DNA of 59,949 nucleotides, counting the filler, from Bipalium vagum (Eukaryota), in NCBI GenBank assembly GCA_037834085.1. It is 3 parts of 3 records of this genome, joined end to end, with 100 filler letters (N's around TTAATTAATTAA, not from the genome) between each part and the next. Parts side by side here need not be neighbours in the genome. Positions count along the whole stretch, not along the records: positions 43,330 to 59,949 come from JBBMKC010102311.1; 2 more parts are not named here. The stretch is one strand, 5' to 3'. A program made the position numbers and the translations under genes. This document shows, in pieces, positions 52,231-59,949 of this stretch. The first letter of the stretch is position 1; the number at the start of each line of letters is the position of its first letter. The notes under the pieces are model-generated. The model ran no database searches and had not been told where the DNA came from. It saw only the letters and a list, made by a program, of their open reading frames with translations.

Positions 52231-53324
52231 TAGTTTGGCTAATCCAGTGAAGTTAAAATTAAATTTGATGAAAATATAAATCTTATAAAGTACTAAAAGA
52301 ACCAGATTAAAATTGGTTCGACAGTTCTCTTTAAAATGATTTTTAAATTTTAAAAATTAAAAATAATATTATATATTATTATTTAATATAAAAAAAATAT
52401 AACAGATTTATTAAATAAAATTACTGTAAATAGAAAAATAATTCTTTCTTATTTAATATTCAAAATCAACCAAAATCATTTGAAGAAAAAAAAACATTAT
52501 CTAAAATAGAAAAAATTGAAAAAGACATTTACAATATAACACTTAAGATGAACAAAAAGATTTAAAAGTAATAGAAATGAAACTTGAATTAAAACATGAG
52601 AAGTTTAACAACGAACTTTTTTTTTGAATCACTCAAAAATGGCAAATTAATTTTAAAATTCAAATATAACAGATTTTATATTGCAATAGCTATAGAAAAA
52701 AATAACATTTTAAAAGACGGTATCACAAAAATACCAAAAGAATATGAAGATGTTTTGAAATTCAAAAAACATACGAAGATAAAAAAAAATTTTTGTAGTT
52801 TATTATTATAAAATGAAGTATGAAAAAGTAAACCTTTTGTTTTTTGGTATTCCTTTTGGTAATCTTTAAAAAGAAGTAGTATATATTCTGAACTTGGAAA
52901 TAAATTTTACCAATTTCGAATATTTTGAAGAGTAAAAATTATTTATGAAAAATTAATTTATAATAATATTAATTACAAACAAAGATTATACATTTTATTT
53001 CAAGTTTCACCCTCCATCAAGTAAAAGGAATTTTTTCATTTAAATTCTTGCTATTATTTTAGGAGTTGTATTACACTTTGAATTTTCGAGTGATTCGAAA
53101 TTTGTTTCGTTGACAGTGTATGTGTAAACCTAGGTTTTAGAAGAAAGTGTCATTAATCTATGATTATGTTTCCTAAGTGAAAAGGTAATCTTGATTTGAA
53201 AAATATCTTATACTATGATATTTTATGTACCAAATGCAAATCAGAGTTACATGTTATCTCAAATTTACTGATAATATTTTCAAAGATGTCATTGAAGTTT
53301 TGTTTCTATGGACCTGTTGCCAAA

Positions 53325-54112
53325 CTATTGTGGTGAACACCATATTTTTTGCTAAATTTTAACCTTTTTTGATATAGAAAGAATTTTATCAACATTTTGT
53401 TGATATTCATTTTTGACAATGTTATAAAATTGGAAACATATCTTTGAACATTAAATTCAAAATATATTTAGTCAAAAGAAGTTAATAACAAGCATGAGTC
53501 TTAAAAATGTACAAGACATTTTATATTTATCTGTTTTCAATAAATTAACAGTTTTTGAAAGAGCAAAAATGTAAAAAAATAGTTTTTAATATATGAAAAT
53601 TAAAATACTAAAATTATTTATATTAATTGCTATTAAAATAGTATTTTTTTTAAAAACACTTTACGTGCGTATTGTAAAATTTTTGGAATGAATACAAAAA
53701 AGGATATCTATCCAGGAAAATTTTTATATATTAAAACATAGCTTCTTTTTCATATGTTTCAAAATCATTGGTAAGTAAATTGAAGGTAAAAATTCGAGTC
53801 GATAAGTGTGGACGACATAGCATCACTACTGCTCGTACTGATCGTAAGCTAAGAGATATATGCATAGAAAACAGGTTCCAAAGTGTATCCAGACTTATTA
53901 TCTTGGTGAATAATGAAGAAATAAACATTTCAAAGAGAACTGTTCAAATGAGATTGACTGAGGCAGATCTGTTTAGTTAAACGAAGGTCCATAGGGTATT
54001 ATTTCAGGTTTTTAATTATTTGTTATAATAATTTGTTAAAGTTACTTAGTTTATACTAATTCCATTAATTTTGTATGTTTTATAGGGGGTGAACAAACTT
54101 TTACAAGGACTG
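53325..54112 (+). mobile_element. Internally deleted Tc1-like element
   Basis: ORF 53768 KCGRHSITTARTDRKLRDICIENRF...ISKRTVQMRLTE is a Tc1 HTH. Right TIR ggggtgaacaaacttttacaaggactg|TA. The left boundary is uncertain. Confidence 0.8.
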
Positions 54113-57100
54113 TATACTAAGTTTATCAATTTTTTTTATTAAATTTATTTATTAGGTATCCTTTAAAGGAACAGATATGAGAAACCTAAAGAATATTGCT
54201 TCCCATTTATACTACTGAGGATATATTTTAGTCAATAAACATAATCTATCCGTTATTTCCTATGGCCACTAAGGTTATAATTATGGCAGAAAATCTTTGA
54301 TATGGTAGATCGAGGAGCAAGTGTTACTGTCAAAGATAAAACAAACGAGGTTTCGATAAAATTATTTACCTAAAACTGAAAACATTTGCTAATTAAATAA
54401 TTTAGGTCTTTTTCGTTTTCCTATTTGTTTAATGATGTTGATCATCACCCGAATGCCAGAGATTTGGAACTATTTGATTGATGAATGCTTTATTTTATAA
54501 TGAAAATATTTTTCTTTTAAAATTTAGTATAATAGTTTAAAGATTACTATAGTTTCTTAATGTGCTTTGAGTTCAGCTTCGTTTGTTTACAAAAAATTCA
54601 AATGTTTCCACAATTAAGGGTAAAATATGATAAAATATTTAAAAATATAAAACTATAAGTATATAAATAAATAAATTTATTTGTTTAATGAGCACCGATC
54701 GAAAGGGAAGACAAAATAGAACTGCATAATGGAAATAAAGATTCAAACCCAATGTTATTTGTAAAATTTTTAATTAAATCATTGATTTCAGTAAGGACTA
54801 AACTTCATAAAATATCATCACGAATTAATCAAAGCAGAAGGTAAAGGAAATTTGGCTAATTTCCTCAAATAATTTCTAGATAGAAACCTTCGGTCAGATG
54901 TTACTAAACTAGGAAATTTGTGGCTTCTATGCAAAATATTTTTGAAAGATCGAAAAAATTACTCCATAGAATATGAAAGAAACCCTGTCATAAAGTATTT
55001 TTGTTAAGGAATAATAAGGCACTGTAGTATCTGTTCCTCCGTTCAATTGTATATTGATCAAGAGTAATTGGAAATCAATTTATATTGTTTTCATTTTAGC
55101 TATAATTTGTGAATTATCGATTTATTTTTATTGTTTATAATTATTGATTATTTTTGTAAGTTTAAATTTTGTTGGTTTTTTACCTTTTGAACCAATTGTT
55201 TGACATTGGTTAAGAGTTATAAATTGATCCAGTTGATCAGGATAACGGAAATTGATTTGACATTTTGCAAACTATTGCTTTATTGTGAAGACTCAAGAAA
55301 GAAAATGATTAATCAAAAACAGTTATCCCTGTATTAAATGATTAAAAATAATATTGTCTTAATACTGTGATTTTGCCCCTTTTGTTATGTTTATTTTAGA
55401 ACTTTTTTAAAGAAAATTCCCCAAAAAAGAAATATAAATTTTAATTAAATTAAATAATTCAGAGAAAATTAATAAATGCAAAATTGTTATTATTAATAAT
55501 TTTTAATATTTTTTCTGATAAATGTTAAAGTAAGGTTATGTTACTAAAAATATATTGTTTGGAAAAATAGTTACTAAAAATAGAAAATTGTAAATAATTT
55601 ATCATAATCTATTTTTAGGACATAAATAGTTTTTATAATTAGAATTATTAAAATAAAACAAAGGAAATACATTGATTTATCAGCATAACACACAAAAAAT
55701 TAGAAATCATGTCGAACAAATTATGTTAATGAATACTGAAACAGTAATCTTTTATCTGAATTTATTTATTTATTTCGTCAGAATTATTAATCTCTGAACA
55801 GTTGTATTTTAATTTATTACTACTGTTATTATTGCACCAGTAAAAATTTTTATATTAAAAACTTAATTTTGGCATTGAATAGTTGTGGTCATTTCAGATC
55901 TTCAATGATTTTATTCATTCTCAATGAAGTTAGGAATGCTAACCTTAATTCAATTCAATATCAATCTATCTATTTATCCAATTTCTATCAGTAGATAAAT
56001 TATGCAATATATATATAAAATAATAATGTCAACTGTTTTATGAAATTTAAAGGTTTGTTTTATCAGGCTTTTCAAATGATTTTTTATTGTGCAATATAGT
56101 TTTTTGGCAAGATCTTGTATATCCTATTTTCGTTCAGTATTGGAGTTATTATTGATTATTATAATAAAATTTTTCATCTATCGAAAAATTCGTTTTTATT
56201 CTTATTTGATCGATTTTCTTTATGTAAGAATTTTGAAAGGATACGTTCCCAAATTTTATTAAATAAGATAATCTTACAGTTAACAAAAAATAGAAAATGA
56301 ACCTGCCATTATTTTTACTATCTTACTTATTACTAGCGTATATAAAGTGAAAAAAACGTATACTGCCTTATTTTAAGTTTCTAATGCGTTTTCCGACTTT
56401 TTTTGTTTCAATCACCACAAAGAATTGACAGAACTCTGTGTTAGGATTATATTTAAAAAGATCATAAGCTTGATTGTGGGTTATTAGTGCATTTTTTATC
56501 TGAGAGGGAATCTGTACAAAAGTGATATTTTCTCTATATAACTGGATTTCAGACAATACATAGAATAACTTTAATAAAAAATCAAAAGTAACCTGAAAGA
56601 ACAACATGAAGTCCTGAAAAAGCACACGAGATCCTTAAATTGCAGAACGAGACTTTCAAATGGCAGAATGATTCCCTCAAATATTGTAAAACTGAACTGT
56701 AAATTTCAAGTAAATTGTTTAGTGTTCAAATGTAAAGACATGTTCGATACAAGGTTTCCAAATAAATCTTTATCAAAGTATCGCAGAAAAAGAAAATTTT
56801 CTTAAATGTGTTACTATAGTTAATTGGTTAAAACTGGTTGATTCTTCATTTTTATCTTTTTTTACAGTTCCACCTAACTACTAAGTTGAAACTTAGTTCT
56901 TATCATAATGAATTTTCACTTATCTTCCAAATGAGATTATTCTTAACTTTAATTGAAATATATATAATTACTTTTTTGTTGCAATAATGTGTAGATTTAA
57001 AGTTCATCGTTTGACAGACAGCGGTTAAATTGAAATACAACTTGAGCCTCAATGAAACCTCATCAACAGTTAAAAACTTTGAGAAGCTAAATACATATTT

Positions 57101-58159
57101 ATAATTGCCAATAAATGTATACTTAATAATGTATTTTAACCGTTATGATTATCATTAATGATCATTTTTATTATTAGCTTAAAGATCATTATTATTATAC
57201 TTTATGTTGACAAAAATAAAAAGTCGCAGTGTTTCCTCTATAACTCTTAGTTTTAAACTCATAAATATTTTCTTTTATTGAAAATTTTTTTTGTCGGGTT
57301 CTGCGAAAATTATTATTTTTATTGTCGAACACGGACAAATTTTGCCAATAATTTCGTTTTTCTCAAGTTAAAAACACTATTTCTAAAATGAAAATTTTAA
57401 AAATTAATTATTATGAATATATGTAGACTTCGAAAAAACTAATGATTTTCATGATTTAATGATTGGCTATATGAACTTTGATTCCCTTTTGTTAACTCGA
57501 TGTTTGATTATATGTCTAACCTCTTAAAAGTTTTTTAAAATAATCATACAAATTATTAAGAATTATAATTATTATTATTAGTATTAAGACAAAAAATAGA
57601 AATATTTTAAAATAGAAACCTCAAGTTTCTAAAAATAGAGATTACGATTAAAAAAACTATTACAAAAATATTAAAGTAGAAGAATATTGCGTTATGCAAA
57701 AAATTGAAACAACCTATTGCCAAAAATGAGTAATATTTTTAATATAAATTTAATGAAATGAAAAAAGAGAGCACAAACAAACAACCAGACAAAGAGAAAA
57801 CATCAACAGATCAAGTTTCAAATCTAAGGTATTTCAAGAATTCACAAATTCGTATATCAATTCAGCAAAATAACTATGAATTGAACGATCAAACACAAAA
57901 CAGACTCACGTAGGGTAATCGATTTACCGGCATTTTTATTTTTTTGATAACCGGATATTCGGTAAATGATAAATAAATAAAACTCACTTTGATTTAAAAG
58001 ATCATTGATGCATATTGGAAACAATCTACAGCATTATTATTTTAATACTTTGTAAATAAAAAATTTGAGTAAATTTAATTTCTTAAGGAAAAGTTTATAT
58101 TTTATGAAAACAATAACTATTTATTCAGATAAATAATTGTCTCTCATGTCTGGTACTCG

Positions 58160-58380
58160 TTGAAAATTTACTCTCAGTAAGCACTAGTCATCTAGCGTTT
58201 CGTCGTTTAATCTCGAAAGAATTTTTGTACAAAATGTTTCCGCTACAGAAAAGGCACGTTCCGATTCAACACTTGTAGGCTGAATTGTACTAAAAAAAAT
58301 TAAAAGCAAGTTCTAAATAATTTCTTCTGATGTTAACGGCTTCTAAATAATTCATTTCCTTTATTATTATTATCATAATT
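58160..58380 (-). mobile_element. hAT transposase C-terminal (dimerisation domain) fragment
   Basis: KEMNYLE...RRNYLELAF.., then TIQPTSVESERAFSVAETFCTKILSRLNDETLD. Confidence 0.85.
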
Positions 58381-58489
58381 ATATTACCGTTTTTACTTCT
58401 ACTCACTTCCACTAATGGTTGTTTTTTCCAGTGTTCAATTGTAAAATTTAGTTTTTCTTTCACTGTTAGCATAGTTTGATGTGAATATA

Positions 58490-58520
58490 CAGTACGCTAA
58501 TTAAATTTGTTCACCCCTTA
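58490..58520 (+). mobile_element. Tc1-type left TIR related to the one at 54112
   Basis: TA|CAGTACGCTAATTAAATTTGTTCACCCC versus CAGTCCTTGTAAAAGTTTGTTCACCCC. Confidence 0.6.
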
Positions 58521-58731
58521 ATTAATTTTATATAATTGTATACTTGAAATTAGAACAGTTTAAATGAATTAATATAGATTTCATATTGATGCTTTTATTT
58601 AAATTTCAAATTAATGGTTTTTTATTAAAAATGATGATTTAATTTAATGGAAATTGTAGCACTTAGTTGTGCGACCAAAACCTGGAGTGAAGTTATTTTA
58701 TTCCGAAAGATCCTCGGGCTATGCAAAAGTA

Positions 58732-59339
58732 TATATCCCCCGTTTTTTACATAATATATAACAAACATTATTTACAATTTACAAGAATTTATTTTTGTCT
58801 AATTAAAGTCACTAAATTCCAGAACCTGTCAGTTCTGTTTACTTTATAATAATTATTGATTGTATAATACATTATCAGTTACATATAATTATTAAAAAAT
58901 TAATTATATTATATTAAAATTATAATAAAGAATAATATATCTAATTAATTTTATAGTGAAATTTAATAACTTTTATAAATAGTTAAGTAGACTTAAGATT
59001 TTAGGTAAATTTTAATTAAAAAAATCTAAATTAATTTAAAAATTTAACTTATAAAAATTAGTTAATTTAATTTTAAATTTTTTAGGTAATTTTATTGTCT
59101 CTAACTTTTAAAAAATTGATTTTCAGGTACTTTTATGAACATTATTAATGTGTAACACTAAATCTATCAGTCAGAAGGGAGTGGAAAGTAAACATAACTG
59201 ACAGGTTCTGGAATTTAGTGACTTTAATTAGACAAAAATACATTCTTTAACTGTCTTAATTTTCTTGTAAATTGTAAAATATATATGCTGCATTAAAACA
59301 TGTTTGTTATATATTATGTAATAAAAAACGGGGGATATA
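58732..59339. mobile_element. MITE/foldback element with long (about 110-150 bp) terminal inverted repeats
   Basis: tatatcccccgtttt...tatttttgtctaattaaagtcactaaattccagaacctgtcagtt is mirrored at 59186-59339. The interior is AT-rich and non-coding. Confidence 0.9.
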
Positions 59340-59876
59340 CTACAGTGTTACCTATAAATCACAAACAAGTATATTTAAGTCTGTTCAACCTGAAATTCTT
59401 AAAAAGTCAATAAAAGCCTTTATCATACTGATATTTATATCAGTACTAAAGGCTTCTGAACTTTAGATAATTAAAAATCTTTAAAGAATTATTCTTAAGA
59501 GGATTTTTATTATAGCATTTTTTAATTAATTCCCTTCTGTCTTAGCGGGTCGGACTTTGTTAATAAATTTCTGAATGATAACTGATGCTGTCTAAGATGT
59601 CTTTATGTTACAATTGGTGGTTTAAGATTTCTCTTTGGTTACCAGTAATAAATAAAACTTCTGATTCGTCATTTTCAACCATTCAAAGGCTAACACAGGA
59701 AAGCAAATAAATCAGTAGAAAAATAAATTTTTGTTGATTGAAAAAAAGTTACTGCCTGGCACAGCTGTTTGGTTACTAAAAGAGCAGACCAATTACTTCA
59801 GTAAATACATATTAAATATATTTGTGAAAGTCGATTGATTTTATTGTAATTATTCGCATTTTATAAATTGATTACT

Positions 59877-59949
59877 ATTAGGTTGTCCCATATGAAATGT
59901 CCGATTACAAAACGAATTTTTTAAACTATTATAATTCATATAATATTTA
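59877..59949 (+). mobile_element. Left end of a mariner element, cut by the window edge
   Basis: TA|ttaggttgtcccatatgaaatgtccg, a TTAGGTTG-type mariner TIR. Confidence 0.65.

Larger units (their letters stand above)
47020..52800 (+). mobile_element. Decayed Polinton/Maverick (adintovirus-like) endogenous element remnant
   Basis: Intronless, same-strand, stop-riddled ORF array: hydrophobic protein (47030-47520); KP.T and SEGLKSLI...NLSNY protein (47917-48560); minor-capsid-like segment (48600-48795); PLA2-like tail (51890-52085); integrase-like N-terminus (52170-52230). Boundaries are approximate. Confidence 0.68.

Noticed and set aside
52870-52885. AGTAGT as the Polinton terminus
   Set aside because: No partner TIR or 6-bp TSD was found, and the motif is common here.
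57922-57967. atttaccg/cggtaaat inverted repeat
   Set aside because: Only 8 bp, expected by chance.

Overview
Very AT-rich eukaryotic (metazoan) genomic DNA with many short (about 45-90 nt) GT-AG introns; the style resembles triclad flatworms, but that is a weak inference. The window is three contigs joined by artificial 100-bp N44-TTAATTAATTAA-N44 spacers (17460-17559, 43230-43329), plus one plain N gap. Four host genes can be rebuilt exon by exon with consistent splice phases: the 3' part of sorting nexin 14 (-), the last three exons of a PDE2 phosphodiesterase (+), a nearly complete KIF26/vab-8-like kinesin (-) whose P-loop and switch motifs are lost, and three exons of an FHOD formin (-). 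Introns and intergenic DNA hold many decayed DNA transposons: mariner, Tc1, maT-like, pogo/Tigger, two hAT types, Chapaev3-like, Merlin and a MITE. The most notable region is about 47.0-52.8 kb. It looks like a decayed Polinton/Maverick (adintovirus-like) endogenous element with remnants of a hydrophobic ORF, a minor capsid protein, a PLA2-like protein and an integrase N-terminus, a Gag/CCHC-like frame joined in frame to the capsid fragment, and a nested Merlin transposon. All family calls come from manual translation and remembered motifs; no database search was run.
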